64,000 nucleotides of DNA from a bacterium (GCA_963669175.1 OY769902.1:160001-224000), one strand, 5' to 3'. Shown: positions 1 to 10,423, counted from the stretch's first letter. The notes: a model not told the origin generated them from the letters alone. Numbers and translations are program-made.

Positions 1-1567
1 CAAGCCAACTGAAATATACATCGTTCTCGTTTGTAGCTTCAGTCACGGAAATGTTGCCGACATAGGAATCCACCCAGGCCATGACCTGCTCACCACCTTC
101 TTCAAGAAAGGGATTGCCGTTGGTGGAGTTTACCGTCTGCCAACGTAAAACAGGCGTGCGGGTGGTTGTGTCGAGCATAGCGTAGGTGATATTCTCGCCA
201 TCCGTAGTGGACGCCAGGGTATAGTCGGAGATAATCGCGTTTTCATCGGAGATCAGGACGTTTTCAGAAACATTGCCCCACCGGTTGAAGCCAAGGTCCA
301 GCACATATTCCGTATGCAGGGCCATGATGCCAAGATCACCGGCAGTCCAGCTTATAATCATCCCGCCATCCGGTCCGGGAATAGCCTGCAGATTCAGGGA
401 GGGAAGTTGTTCAGAGGCTGCGGTTCCAATCAGCAGTCCTTCCTCTTCGTTGCCGTCAGGTCCAAGATACAGGATCAGGTCGCCATCATCGTCTTTAAAA
501 CGCTGGGCGATAATATCTGTCTCATAATAATTCTGGGAGTTGGCTGTTGCGGCCAGATAGGCATCCCCATCGCTTCCCGGTACGAGCTGGAACAGTGAGG
601 TATAGTCGAAACTGAAGCTGCCGATGCTGATACCACCTTCCCAGGTAAAATCACCATCCTGGTTGACGTGCTGCATGGCAAGCGTATCTGCAGCGGAGCT
701 GTTCCAGACGATATAAGCGCCGCCATTGCCATCCGAACAGGACTTCACGCTGACGGCTGGAATTGCATCCTCATAGAGTGTAAGGAAATCAGTGGGCGAC
801 TCACCCCAGGTCAAGGTTCCGGCACTGTCCAGACGTGTGGTATGAATACGTTGGATATAGGGTGAATAAGCTTCTCGCAGCCGCCAGGTCAAGATGATGG
901 CATCGTTGTCATCAGTGATTCCGGTAACTTCTCGCAGATTGTACTGGACGTCTTCGTACTGGTACAGGTAACGCGCTTCGCCATTCCATTCCAGTTGTCC
1001 GTTGGCATTTACTTTCCTGACAATGGCGCGGGTCATATCGTAAGCAATAACATACAAGCCGTTTTCACGGGTTGGAAACAGCTGTATGTCATAACAATAA
1101 TCATTGTTCCCAAACAGTTCAACACCACCCACTTCCAGCAGTTCGGTGCCGTGACTGTTTACTTTCTGAAGACGGATGTTCTTGCCATAATCATCGGTGA
1201 TTGAGGAAAAGATAATCCACCAATTACCGCCCCCGGCATCAAGAACAGCCTGGTTTTCCTGCAACTGCCTGCCTTCATAGTTCAGCTCAATGCCGTCCTC
1301 GCCCCACAGAGGCTGTCCGGCGGAATTGATTTTCTGCAGGAAAAGGTTACAGTTGTCCAATCCATTTTGCGACCAGATAAAGCAGGCTTCACCATTATCA
1401 TTAAACGCTATCGCCTGGTTCAGGGAGTTGAAAACGGGGTAATCACCCTTCCGTACCGGAACCCCGTCGAGAGGTGTCCACTGTCTGAATTCCTGGGCAA
1501 AAGTCTGGGTGACGAAAACCAATACGAAGGCACACACAACTGCGGAGACGAGATGCTTACTCTTCAT
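1..1567 (-). CDS. Secreted protein, N-terminal part (runs off the left edge); probable beta-propeller-like repeats
   Basis: Hand translation from ATG at 1567: MKSKHLVSAVVCAFVLVFVTQTFAQEF (signal peptide), then FLQKINSAGQPLWGEDG-type repeat motifs. It is absent from the ORF track, as expected if the stop lies outside the window. Confidence 0.75.
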   Translation of the reverse strand, partial: MKSKHLVSAVVCAFVLVFVTQTFAQEFRQWTPLDGVPVRKGDYPVFNSLNQAIAFNDNGEACFIWSQNGLDNCNLFLQKINSAGQPLWGEDGIELNYEGRQLQENQAVLDAGGGNWWIIFSSITDDYGKNIRLQKVNSHGTELLEVGGVELFGNNDYCYDIQLFPTRENGLYVIAYDMTRAIVRKVNANGQLEWNGEARYLYQYEDVQYNLREVTGITDDNDAIILTWRLREAYSPYIQRIHTTRLDSAGTLTWGESPTDFLTLYEDAIPAVSVKSCSDGNGGAYIVWNSSAADTLAMQHVNQDGDFTWEGGISIGSFSFDYTSLFQLVPGSDGDAYLAATANSQNYYETDIIAQRFKDDDGDLILYLGPDGNEEEGLLIGTAASEQLPSLNLQAIPGPDGGMIISWTAGDLGIMALHTEYVLDLGFNRWGNVSENVLISDENAIISDYTLASTTDGENITYAMLDTTTRTPVLRWQTVNSTNGNPFLEEGGEQVMAWVDSYVGNISVTEATNENDVYFSWL

Positions 1568-1782
1568 AACAACCCCCTGTAGCGTTCAGTCCTTGTAATA
1601 TCGGGTCATATAAAGTGTAAACAAATATTTCAGGGAGAACAATCACCTCAAACAAGATTTTCTTTTTTTCTGATATAGAATTCCTCAATGTATAACTTAT
1701 TCAACACCTCGTTGTTTCGTGTGGAAAAGCGTAGCTGTGTTTTACAAGAAAATGACAACACTCGGGTGGCCCGATATTTTTT

Positions 1783-1817
1783 CAAAAGAACAACCCGAAG
1801 CAAAACTTCGGGTTGTT
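1783..1817 (-). terminator. Intrinsic terminator downstream of the epimerase gene
   Basis: 12 bp stem AACAACCCGAAG/CTTCGGGTTGTT (1789-1800/1806-1817), followed on the minus strand by CTTTTG. Confidence 0.65.
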
Positions 1818-1898
1818 TCGATATCACATTATAAAAACCACTACAAAAAAATCGTTGCGTTCTTTGTTTCTATGCGCCTTCGCGTCTTTGCGTGAAAC

Positions 1899-2948
1899 CT
1901 ACTTCAGCTTCTTCCCGCCATCGTAGTACTCCATGAACCAGTCGAGGAAACGGTCGATGCCTTCTTCCACGGAGACCTTCGGCTCGTAGCCGGTGTCACG
2001 GCGTAGTGATTCGATATCCGCCGTGGTTTCGGCCACGTCACCCATCTGCATCGGTAGTTCTTCCACGATCGCTTTTTTACCCAGCTTTTTTTCGATCAGT
2101 TCGAGGAAATGGCGCAGTTCGACAGTCTGCCCGCGTCCGATATTATACAGACGGTATGGCGCGGAGCTGGTGCCGGGGTTGGGGTGTTCGCCGGTCCAGT
2201 TCGGATCAGGAGCGGGCAGAATACGCATGCTCTGGATGATACCTTCGACAATATCATCGATATAGGTAAAGTCGCGACGCATATTGCCGTAGTTGAACAG
2301 TTTCATCGGCTGATCCAGCAGAATCGCCTTGCTGAACAGGAACAGCGCCATGTCCGGACGTCCCCAGGGGCCATACACGGTAAAGAAGCGCAGCCCGGTA
2401 GTACGTACTCCGAACAGGTGCGAGTACGCATGCGCCATCAGCTCGTTGGACTTCTTCGAGGCGGCATACAGCGAGACCGGGTGGTCCACATTGTCTTCCA
2501 CCGCGAAGGGGATATTCTTGTTCAGTCCGTACACCGAGCTGGAGGAAGCGTAGAGCAGGTGTTTGACACCATGATGACGGCAGGCTTCCAGGATATTGAA
2601 GAAGCCGACAATATTGCCTTCGATGTAGGTCTGGGGGTGATCCAGGGAATAACGCACCCCGGCCTGTGCAGCGAGGTTGACCACCAGCTCGAAACCGTAT
2701 TTATCAAACGCGGCATTGACCGCGTCGGCATCTTCCAGCTTTTCACGGAGTAGCGTGAATTTCCCCGTCGCTTCAAGACGCTTGATACGTGTTTCTTTCA
2801 GGCTGACATCGTAATAATCATTTACACAGTCATAGCCCACAACCTCATGACCTTCTGCGATCAATCGTTCGGAGAGGTTGAAGCCGATAAACCCGGCGGC
2901 GCCGGTTACCAGGACAGGGATCGAGGCATCATAAGCATCGAGTGGCAT
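1899..2948 (-). CDS. NAD-dependent epimerase (UDP-glucuronate 4-epimerase family)
   Basis: GAAGFIG Rossmann motif, NLAAQAGVRYS, YAASKK, RFFTVYGPWGRPDMA. Confidence 0.93.
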   Translation of the reverse strand: MPLDAYDASIPVLVTGAAGFIGFNLSERLIAEGHEVVGYDCVNDYYDVSLKETRIKRLEATGKFTLLREKLEDADAVNAAFDKYGFELVVNLAAQAGVRYSLDHPQTYIEGNIVGFFNILEACRHHGVKHLLYASSSSVYGLNKNIPFAVEDNVDHPVSLYAASKKSNELMAHAYSHLFGVRTTGLRFFTVYGPWGRPDMALFLFSKAILLDQPMKLFNYGNMRRDFTYIDDIVEGIIQSMRILPAPDPNWTGEHPNPGTSSAPYRLYNIGRGQTVELRHFLELIEKKLGKKAIVEELPMQMGDVAETTADIESLRRDTGYEPKVSVEEGIDRFLDWFMEYYDGGKKLK

Positions 2949-2984
2949 GAGTAACTCCTGTTCAAACCTGTATCAGTATACCGA

Positions 2985-3533
2985 TCAGGCGATCTGTTCT
3001 TCGATAAGTCCAAGGTACGGCAGGGCACGGTACTTCTGGTCAAAATCCAGCCCGTAGCCCACCACAAACACATCATCAATCTGGAACCCGACATAGTCGG
3101 GATCGTACTCGACCTCACGGCGTGACGGCTTATCCAGCAGGGTACAGGTCACCAACCGTGACGGCCCCATGTCGTTCAGCAGGTCATGGATACGCTTGAG
3201 CGTACGTCCGGTGTCAATGATGTCGTCCATCAGGATGACGTTTCGTCCACGAAGATCTGTAGTAGTACCCTGCAGGATTTTCACCTTGCCCGATGAGACG
3301 GTTCCGCCGCCGTAGCTGGAAGCGGTCATGAAGCTCACTTCTTCCACATCCACCCCTTCACGACTCAGCTCCCTGATCAGATCCGCAGCAAAAACATAAG
3401 CGCCGCGCAGCATGGGGATGACCGTAACCGGGCCATGCTTCTTCAGGTCATCAGCAATCTCTCCGGCCAGCTCAGCAATACGGGAGGTGATACGTTCTTC
3501 CGATATCAGGACTTCTGATGAAAGGGTAAACAT
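2985..3533 (-). CDS. hpt: Hypoxanthine phosphoribosyltransferase
   Basis: SSYG loop, ILMDDIIDTGRTL PRPP-binding motif, LLDKPSRR, FVVGYGLD. Confidence 0.93.
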   Translation of the reverse strand: MFTLSSEVLISEERITSRIAELAGEIADDLKKHGPVTVIPMLRGAYVFAADLIRELSREGVDVEEVSFMTASSYGGGTVSSGKVKILQGTTTDLRGRNVILMDDIIDTGRTLKRIHDLLNDMGPSRLVTCTLLDKPSRREVEYDPDYVGFQIDDVFVVGYGLDFDQKYRALPYLGLIEEQIA

Positions 3534-3704
3534 GGTGTCTCCTTGTCCAGGGTATCAGGCGGATTACAAACCAGCGCCTTCATGGGCGAGTCGCATCGAA
3601 AGTAGGCCGTATTTTCTGATGTGTCAAGGAGAAAGTCTTGATCAGACCTCTTACGTGATGTATGTTTCCCTGTCCAGCCTATAGGAAAGAAAGGAACCAG
3701 TCTC

Positions 3705-4490
3705 ATGAGTGATAGTGGCCCGCAGAACACTACGGCTCAGGATTCGAATGACCTTTTCCCACGTCCGCTCGACAAAGTCGGTCTGTTCGTAGCCGGAATC
3801 GTTCATAACCTGTACAGCCCGTTGACCGCAATGATGGGAACATTGGACCTGATGCGCTTGAAGCATCCGGAATTGCAACGGGAACTGGAACGTATCAGCA
3901 ACATGACTTACCGTCTGAAAGATGATATTGCCGTCATCATGGAAAAAGCCCGTGATGAAGGCGCTCAAAATATTACGGAAGTCGATCTTGCCCGGCTGAT
4001 CAGCAACGAGCTGCTTTTTTATAAGGGTGACCCACGGCTGAAACATATGATCGAAGTGAACTGGGAAGAACCGGTCGGTTTACCCAGGTTCAACGCTCCG
4101 GCGCGTGATTTTATCATGGCGTTCGATCAACTGCTGACCAATGCCATCGAAGCCATGGACAACGTGGACAGCAAAAACCTGACTATCCTCCTGTTTGAAG
4201 ATGGCGATGAGCTGGTGTTGACCATGAAGGATTCCGGCGTTGGCATGGATGAAGAAACGCTGGCGCACGCCTTCGATCCCTTCTTCACCACCAAAACCCC
4301 CATACTGGAAGGCCGAAACCCGCACACCCTCGCGCTTGGCGTTGGCCTGACATTCGTCAAGATGATATTTGACAACCTCGGTTGCAGCATTAACCTGGAA
4401 AGCTCGCCGGACCACGGAACCATGGTGGAAGTCCGGATTCCATGGAAGAAAATCCATGAGGCTCATCCGAGACAAATGGTCTTCAAATAG
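3705..4490 (+). CDS. Sensor-less histidine kinase (HisKA + HATPase)
   Basis: H-box AGIVHNLYSPL, N-box LLTNAIEA, DSGVGM, FDPFFTTK, GVGL. Confidence 0.85.
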   Translation: MSDSGPQNTTAQDSNDLFPRPLDKVGLFVAGIVHNLYSPLTAMMGTLDLMRLKHPELQRELERISNMTYRLKDDIAVIMEKARDEGAQNITEVDLARLISNELLFYKGDPRLKHMIEVNWEEPVGLPRFNAPARDFIMAFDQLLTNAIEAMDNVDSKNLTILLFEDGDELVLTMKDSGVGMDEETLAHAFDPFFTTKTPILEGRNPHTLALGVGLTFVKMIFDNLGCSINLESSPDHGTMVEVRIPWKKIHEAHPRQMVFK

Positions 4491-4603
4491 GAAAACTGTG
4501 TTAGCTATATCACTCTTTGCCTGTAATTTGACACTTAATTTTTTAATAGATCGCGTGGGTTACTATCTCAAAAATTGCAGTTTAGAAAGGTGGTGGGATA
4601 ACC

Positions 4604-5785
4604 ATGTTCTTGTCCCACATTGACAACGTCAATCCCGGAGACCGTCTCGGCAAACCCTTGTATGACGAGAACGGCCGTCTGCTCATTTCTTCCGGATACG
4701 CCATGAGCGATGCCGTGGTGCAGCGTCTCAGGGGGCTCGGTTACCAGCAGATTTACCTCGATGATCACCTGACCGGAAAAGTCAAACCTGACACCATTAT
4801 TTCGGAAGCATCCCGCATCCAGATTATTAAAAAACTGCGCGAAATCAATGCGGTTTTCAAGGGGAACGAAGTTATTCACAGTCTTGATCCGCGACGAATA
4901 CGGCGTGAAGTATACAGCAGTAAAAAACTTCACAAAGTGCTTCACATGAAAGAATTCCGTCGCCTGGCCGGTCAGCTTCTGGATGACCTCTCCGAAAGTC
5001 GAGCGGGTTTTTTTACCCACAATCCGATGCGCGCCACTGAAAATGACCCGTATGAACATGCTGTCGATGTAGCCGTGCTCTCGCTGTTGATCAGCCAGAA
5101 GCTCTCCATGGAATGGGAGGACATGCTCTCCATCGGCACGGCAGCGCTTCTGCATGATGTTGGCAAAACCATCCTCCTGGAAGCATTTTCAGCGCGTGAT
5201 ACCATCCCTGAAGAGAAACGGGCTGCTGCGTTGCGTGACCACCCGGTATTCTCGATGTTGATGGTGAAAAATGCGGATCCAGCCAGTTTTAAAGAACAGA
5301 TCACCATTGAAGAACACCATGAACGCCTGGACGGAAGTGGGTATCCTGCAAAAATTCGTGGAGGCGATAATCACCCGGCAGAGCACCCCAAACGTGGTCA
5401 ACGCTGGATCTATCGTTTCGCCCGGATAGTCGCGGTGGCAGATGAATATGATAACCTGGTCAATGGTCGGAACGACTACGAACGCGTCACTCCGGACATT
5501 GCCCTGGCCAAATTGATCAAGCGTTCCGGAGTGTTGTGGAATTCACATGTGATCCGGGCATTGGTTGAGACAGTACAACCTTATGCGACCACCACGCCCG
5601 TTGTGGTTCGCAGATCCGAAAAAGAGCAACTGGTAGGATTCAGCGGAGTTGTCGTACAAACGAATACAAATCACCCTCTGCGTCCGACTGTACTGTTCCT
5701 GAAGGATTCCAAAGGCAAAGAGGTAAAGCCCACCAAGGTTGAGATGACAGACGACAGGTTACTCCGGTTGCAGATCGCTGTCTGA
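4604..5785 (+). CDS. HD-GYP domain protein (c-di-GMP phosphodiesterase family)
   Basis: YEHAVDV, LLHDVGK, HHERLDGSGYP, ARIVAVADEYD. Confidence 0.9.
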   Translation: MFLSHIDNVNPGDRLGKPLYDENGRLLISSGYAMSDAVVQRLRGLGYQQIYLDDHLTGKVKPDTIISEASRIQIIKKLREINAVFKGNEVIHSLDPRRIRREVYSSKKLHKVLHMKEFRRLAGQLLDDLSESRAGFFTHNPMRATENDPYEHAVDVAVLSLLISQKLSMEWEDMLSIGTAALLHDVGKTILLEAFSARDTIPEEKRAAALRDHPVFSMLMVKNADPASFKEQITIEEHHERLDGSGYPAKIRGGDNHPAEHPKRGQRWIYRFARIVAVADEYDNLVNGRNDYERVTPDIALAKLIKRSGVLWNSHVIRALVETVQPYATTTPVVVRRSEKEQLVGFSGVVVQTNTNHPLRPTVLFLKDSKGKEVKPTKVEMTDDRLLRLQIAV

Positions 5786-6730
5786 GATTTCTTTCTCTGC
5801 AAGTGTTTCCCGAATCTTCGCCAGCAGGACATCATCCGGAAGCGGTTTTTCGAAGAAAGCGACAACCCCCAACTGCTTTGCCTTGTCTTCAATCTGTTCT
5901 GTCCGTAAAGCTGTCAGGATAATAACAGGCAGGCTTTTCGTAGCTGAGAAGACTCGCAGCATATGCAAGACATCCAGCCCGTTCTTAATCGGCAATCCGA
6001 TATCCAGAATCACCAAATCAGGATTGATTGTCCTCACCTTCTGAATGGCTTCTTTCCCATCCCCGGCGGTATCAGCCCTGAACCCACTCAGCCAGAGAAC
6101 CTTGCTCAAACGTACCGCTAGAAGTTCTTCATCATCGACAACCAGGATAAGCGGACGTGTTTCCGCCACCTTGGGCTCATCGTCTTTCTTCGCCTTCTTT
6201 GGCGCATGGAGCGCCTGCTTCATCAATTCGTCGATTTTCCGTGGCACCCAATCGGGATTGATGGACGTGCGCAAGAACAGACCTTTTCCCAATCCGTCCC
6301 AGTCACCGGTTCGTGCAATGGCTTCACTCTCCCCCACCAGGACAAAATAGGTCGGTTCCAGCACCATGTCCTTGATCAGATCATGAAGCAGATCCACCGC
6401 ATGCAGATCACCCTGCACAGCATCCAGAACGACGAGATCCAAGGCCTGGAAATCTGAGGTCAACGCTTCTTCAAATGACTCATAAACGACGACTTCCATC
6501 TCCAGCAGGGAAAGGGCCGTTTCAAGCTTGTTCCTAAGCTGACTGTGGCCCATAATGACCATGGAACGCTTGCGGTTCAGTTCTTCAATGACATCCGCCG
6601 GACGGTAGGAGATCACCTGTTCCCGGGCGAGATATTCCTCGAGAATATCACGGGCCTGATCATAGGTCAGGTCAAGATCATCCTTAGGGGATTCGGTCGT
6701 CTTTTCTGGCTTTTTATCGTCCATGACCAT
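5759..6730 (-). CDS. Response regulator with a degenerate N-terminal receiver and an intact C-terminal receiver
   Basis: ILVVDDE...PDLVILDIGLP...ILTA...FEKP. Start moved to ATG 6730 because a terminator lies at 6795-6824. The 3' end overlaps the HD-GYP gene. Confidence 0.8.
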   Translation of the reverse strand: MVMDDKKPEKTTESPKDDLDLTYDQARDILEEYLAREQVISYRPADVIEELNRKRSMVIMGHSQLRNKLETALSLLEMEVVVYESFEEALTSDFQALDLVVLDAVQGDLHAVDLLHDLIKDMVLEPTYFVLVGESEAIARTGDWDGLGKGLFLRTSINPDWVPRKIDELMKQALHAPKKAKKDDEPKVAETRPLILVVDDEELLAVRLSKVLWLSGFRADTAGDGKEAIQKVRTINPDLVILDIGLPIKNGLDVLHMLRVFSATKSLPVIILTALRTEQIEDKAKQLGVVAFFEKPLPDDVLLAKIRETLAEKEISDSDLQPE

Positions 6731-6794
6731 AAAATATGCAATTTGTAGTAATAAAAGTTGACGCAGAGCAATCAACTGGTTGAAATCGAGCCAC

Positions 6795-6824
6795 AAAAAA
6801 TGTCCGGCGGTGTGCTGCCGGATA
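6795..6824 (-). terminator. Intrinsic terminator
   Basis: Minus strand reads TATCCGGCAG-CACA-CCGCCGGACA-TTTTTT. Confidence 0.65.
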
Positions 6825-6851
6825 TAGATCAACGCAAAATAATTTTTATCG

Positions 6852-7095
6852 TTACTTGACCAAAACCATCCGCTTCATATCGGTAAATGAGCCTGCTTCG
6901 ATCCGGTAGAAATACATCCCGCTGGCCAAGTGGCTTGCATCAAAGGTGACGCTATGCATACCCGCCTGCATGGGGCAATCCACCAACTGCGCAACTTCCT
7001 GCCCCATGATGTTGTACACCGATAGCTGGACCGTTTCTGGACGCATCAGGTCAAAGCTCAATGTCGTCGTCGGGTTGAAGGGGTTGAGGTAGTGT
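6852..7095 (-). pseudogene. Orphan T9SS type A-like C-terminal sorting domain (gene remnant)
   Basis: YLNPFNPTTTLSFDL...LSVYNIMGQEV...FDASHLASGMYFYRI...KRMVLVK, with no signal peptide or passenger domain. Confidence 0.75.
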
Positions 7096-7249
7096 TTGAA
7101 GCAAGGCAAAAAAGAGAAGGGTAGAAATTTCAGAAAATCAAGAGGATGATGGCGACTATTCTCAACAAATGCTAATACAATATGTTACAAGGACAAAAAC
7201 TACCGTCTGTCCCTAGTTTCTGTAAGTTTCTCCTAGTTTCTGTATCAAC

Positions 7250-10200
7250 TCACTTGAGCAACACGACCTTTGTCCGCCTTACCTCCTTTCCAGCCGCCAG
7301 CTCGACGAAATACATTCCAGAAGAATATGCTGCGGCATTTATCACCATATGATGGTAGCCGGCCTGTTGGGAAGAATATGTTTCTGTGAATACTCTTTGC
7401 CCTAGAATGTTACAGATTGTCAAATGGATATCAACAGTAAGCGGCAAGCAGTAGTGTATTGTCAGGTAGCTGTTGAACGGATTCGGGTAGGGCGCAAACA
7501 ACTCGAAGGTTTTGGGTAACTCGTCAGGCTGCTCTGTCACCCACAGGGGATACTCGTAGTATACTCCGTAAGGCCCACCCCAACGACCAATATCATTTCG
7601 AGTACCATCGACATCGTTGTACGTACTATCAGGATTTCCTGCGTCTATGAGGGGTGATATGTCGAAGAGGAAATAATCAGTAGTATCAGCAAGTAGAGGA
7701 TCAATAAACAGATTTGTCGAATCTAACTCGCCATTGACAATCAATGTATCATTCTGGAAGAAACAATTATAATAAGCTTGATCCATGAGCACATCTGGAT
7801 AAGCGGTGTTGTTCAAGTGAATACCATATATATTATTTATAAATAGGTTATTCTGCACAACAGGTAGATTTTCTGAGTTTGAATAGGCTCGTAAACAAAT
7901 ACCTTTTTCTAATCCATGAAAGATATTATTAGTAATGATAATTGGATTACTATATACTGTAAGCCCTGTTGAATATTCTTCTTGTTGATTATAAAAAAGA
8001 CAATTCCTAATTACCCCTGATGAGTTATTAGCCATACCCATTGATCCCACTAAATATTTAAACATACAATTATCTACCTCTACATAACAATTATTAGTCA
8101 TATCAGCCCAGCCATTAAGGAATAAAGTATTATTAATGTAAATGTTAGAATAAAAACAGTATATATTATATGTTTGTGAATCATTATTCTCAGATATAAA
8201 AATGCTATCATCTATATACACTGTTGAATATTGACTTGCAATACCATCAAATATATCATCACCATTATAAATAAAAGATGTAGAATTAACATAAATAGTA
8301 CTTTCATTTTGAAGGAATATTCCGGTCATGTTGTTTTTTAGCACACAATTATTCACGACTAACATCGTTGTATCTACTGCATGAATGGCTTTATAAGCGT
8401 ATTCTAATCTAGTATAGCAGAATTGCGTAGTATCTAGGCAATGATGAAATTCTATTCCATTCCAAAGGTCATAATTGTCTGGTTCGGAACCATCTGATCT
8501 ATAAATAATACTATCTGATGCAGTTCCCTGAGAGTATAAAAGCCCATAGACATCCAATCCGATACGCTGACCATTATCCATGTTTCTGAAGCGCAATTCA
8601 CATCCCGGCTCAATAGTAAGGCTATCACCCTCGGGGACAATAATGTCATCCACCACATAGAACGGGCTGTCTTCCACATGTAGAATCCCGCTGATCTCGC
8701 CTCGAAGTAGCGTACGATTATCTACGTCCACTGAGACAATCGCTGTATCAGTCTGCCCCAGTCCATCCTCCGCAATCACCGTAAAGCTGAAGTCCCGGGA
8801 AGAGTCAGGAATCGTGCCGGAAACGATTATTGTATCGCTAACCCAGTCCAGTTCATCCTCTTCTGTCAACCATTCTGGCAGATCGGGGAATGAAAAGTCC
8901 AGGGGACCGTTATCATCCGTCGCAGTAATCTCGATAGAAAGGGGTGATCCTGTCTGGAGGATTGGGATTTGCGGAGTTGTAAGCACAGGTGGATTGTCTA
9001 TTGTCTGGTCATAAAAGAAGCATCCCATATCTGCTGCCGTACTGTCAGGATCATTCGGAGTGCCTGGTGCAGCTGCGTCAATACAGGGACTGTTCGCTTG
9101 CAGGTGATAATCAAATGGGTTGCCACCTGCAAGGAATGGATTTTCGAACATATTTCCTTCATCCAGGTTCAGATCATTTGTGGCTTCATCCATCCCATAA
9201 AAGCAATTGTAAGAAATCGTTCCCGGTTGTTGTCCTCGACCACTGTAAATGGCGACGCTGGTATCTTCCCTTGCAAGAAAGATGTTATTGATAATCTCAA
9301 CATTCTCGAGATCTGAACCTTCCACACCGTGATAGTCAAAATAGAAAGTGTTGTTTACAATCGACACATCCGCATGGTGTGAAATCTGGATAAGGTTCAG
9401 GTTATTATAGCGAATATCAGCCGACCCTCCCAACCAAACTCGAATTCCTCCCGAAGGCCAGGGATCAAAGTAATTGTTATGGATAATAGCCCCGTAATTT
9501 TCGTCCAAACAAATACCAGATAACATATTGTTAGTTACATCAATATAGCTGTGCCATGCATATATACCTGAAGAGAAAGCATTATTGATAAATTCTACTG
9601 TTGATTCTGAAACACTGGCATCTTCCAACTGATTTTCGACTACGACAACGTCCGTATCATAAAAACTTAACATCTTTAAACTATTATCACTAATTGTATC
9701 AATAGCACAAGCCGTAATATGGCCATAGAATCCTGGTGCGTCAAGCTCATGAAGGACAAGGCTATCTGAAGAATTAATATTGGCATTCACATAGAGTGGT
9801 TCACCTCTTCTTCTAATGCTCACATTGGAAAATATATCAGTACCAGATGAAGAGTTGTACAAAAATGTGTGCTCAGCATCCAGCCGACTATTACGAAAGG
9901 TAGTAGCACTGAATAGACATGTGATATATTCAGAGAAATCAGTAACAACACAATAATCTAAAACCATTTCAGCATGATTCAGTATAAAACCATAGTAAGG
10001 ATATTCAGCACCGGAGAAGGTTATGGAATCTCCCTCTGTGCCTTCAGCCAGCAATGTACCGTTAACAAAAAAGGGTGTTAATTGTGTACTATCCTGATCT
10101 TGAAATATTACCGCAACCCCGGGCTCGATCAGGAGCGTATCTCCTTCCGGGACGATCAGGGTGTCTGTGACGAGGTAAGGGGAGCCGTCCACATCCCACA

Positions 10201-10423
10201 CACCGGATACTTCGCCGGAAACGATGGTTTCAGCGTGAATGGCTTGGGGAACTACAAGGGGTACAAAGGCCAGGGACAGGAGCAGCAGGAACAAGCATAA
10301 AACATCCTCTCTGAACCATTGCGGGGGGAATGGCGCCTGGAGTTGGTATACCGTGTGTCCAGCCTTACGCAACACGACTGCGGGGAGTGTGTTGCGCTGT
10401 AAAGGAAAGTTCATACGTGTCAT
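7250..10423 (-). CDS. Large secreted protein with two parallel beta-helix units and a T9SS-like C-terminal domain
   Basis: Two units starting SGEVSGVWDVDGSPY and RGEISGILHVEDSPFY, each closing with an SP(C/L)IDA...D(M/I)G motif; C-terminal YPNPFNS...SSGMYFV...KVVLLK. Start uncertain. Confidence 0.85.
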   Translation of the reverse strand: MTRMNFPLQRNTLPAVVLRKAGHTVYQLQAPFPPQWFREDVLCLFLLLLSLAFVPLVVPQAIHAETIVSGEVSGVWDVDGSPYLVTDTLIVPEGDTLLIEPGVAVIFQDQDSTQLTPFFVNGTLLAEGTEGDSITFSGAEYPYYGFILNHAEMVLDYCVVTDFSEYITCLFSATTFRNSRLDAEHTFLYNSSSGTDIFSNVSIRRRGEPLYVNANINSSDSLVLHELDAPGFYGHITACAIDTISDNSLKMLSFYDTDVVVVENQLEDASVSESTVEFINNAFSSGIYAWHSYIDVTNNMLSGICLDENYGAIIHNNYFDPWPSGGIRVWLGGSADIRYNNLNLIQISHHADVSIVNNTFYFDYHGVEGSDLENVEIINNIFLAREDTSVAIYSGRGQQPGTISYNCFYGMDEATNDLNLDEGNMFENPFLAGGNPFDYHLQANSPCIDAAAPGTPNDPDSTAADMGCFFYDQTIDNPPVLTTPQIPILQTGSPLSIEITATDDNGPLDFSFPDLPEWLTEEDELDWVSDTIIVSGTIPDSSRDFSFTVIAEDGLGQTDTAIVSVDVDNRTLLRGEISGILHVEDSPFYVVDDIIVPEGDSLTIEPGCELRFRNMDNGQRIGLDVYGLLYSQGTASDSIIYRSDGSEPDNYDLWNGIEFHHCLDTTQFCYTRLEYAYKAIHAVDTTMLVVNNCVLKNNMTGIFLQNESTIYVNSTSFIYNGDDIFDGIASQYSTVYIDDSIFISENNDSQTYNIYCFYSNIYINNTLFLNGWADMTNNCYVEVDNCMFKYLVGSMGMANNSSGVIRNCLFYNQQEEYSTGLTVYSNPIIITNNIFHGLEKGICLRAYSNSENLPVVQNNLFINNIYGIHLNNTAYPDVLMDQAYYNCFFQNDTLIVNGELDSTNLFIDPLLADTTDYFLFDISPLIDAGNPDSTYNDVDGTRNDIGRWGGPYGVYYEYPLWVTEQPDELPKTFELFAPYPNPFNSYLTIHYCLPLTVDIHLTICNILGQRVFTETYSSQQAGYHHMVINAAAYSSGMYFVELAAGKEVRRTKVVLLK

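Noticed and set aside
1852-1897. TGCG/CGCG-rich short repeat after the epimerase stop
   Set aside because: It occurs once in the window and is too short and degenerate to assign.
7250-10423. Diversity-generating retroelement target
   Set aside because: No reverse transcriptase and no template/variable repeat pair differing at adenines was seen.
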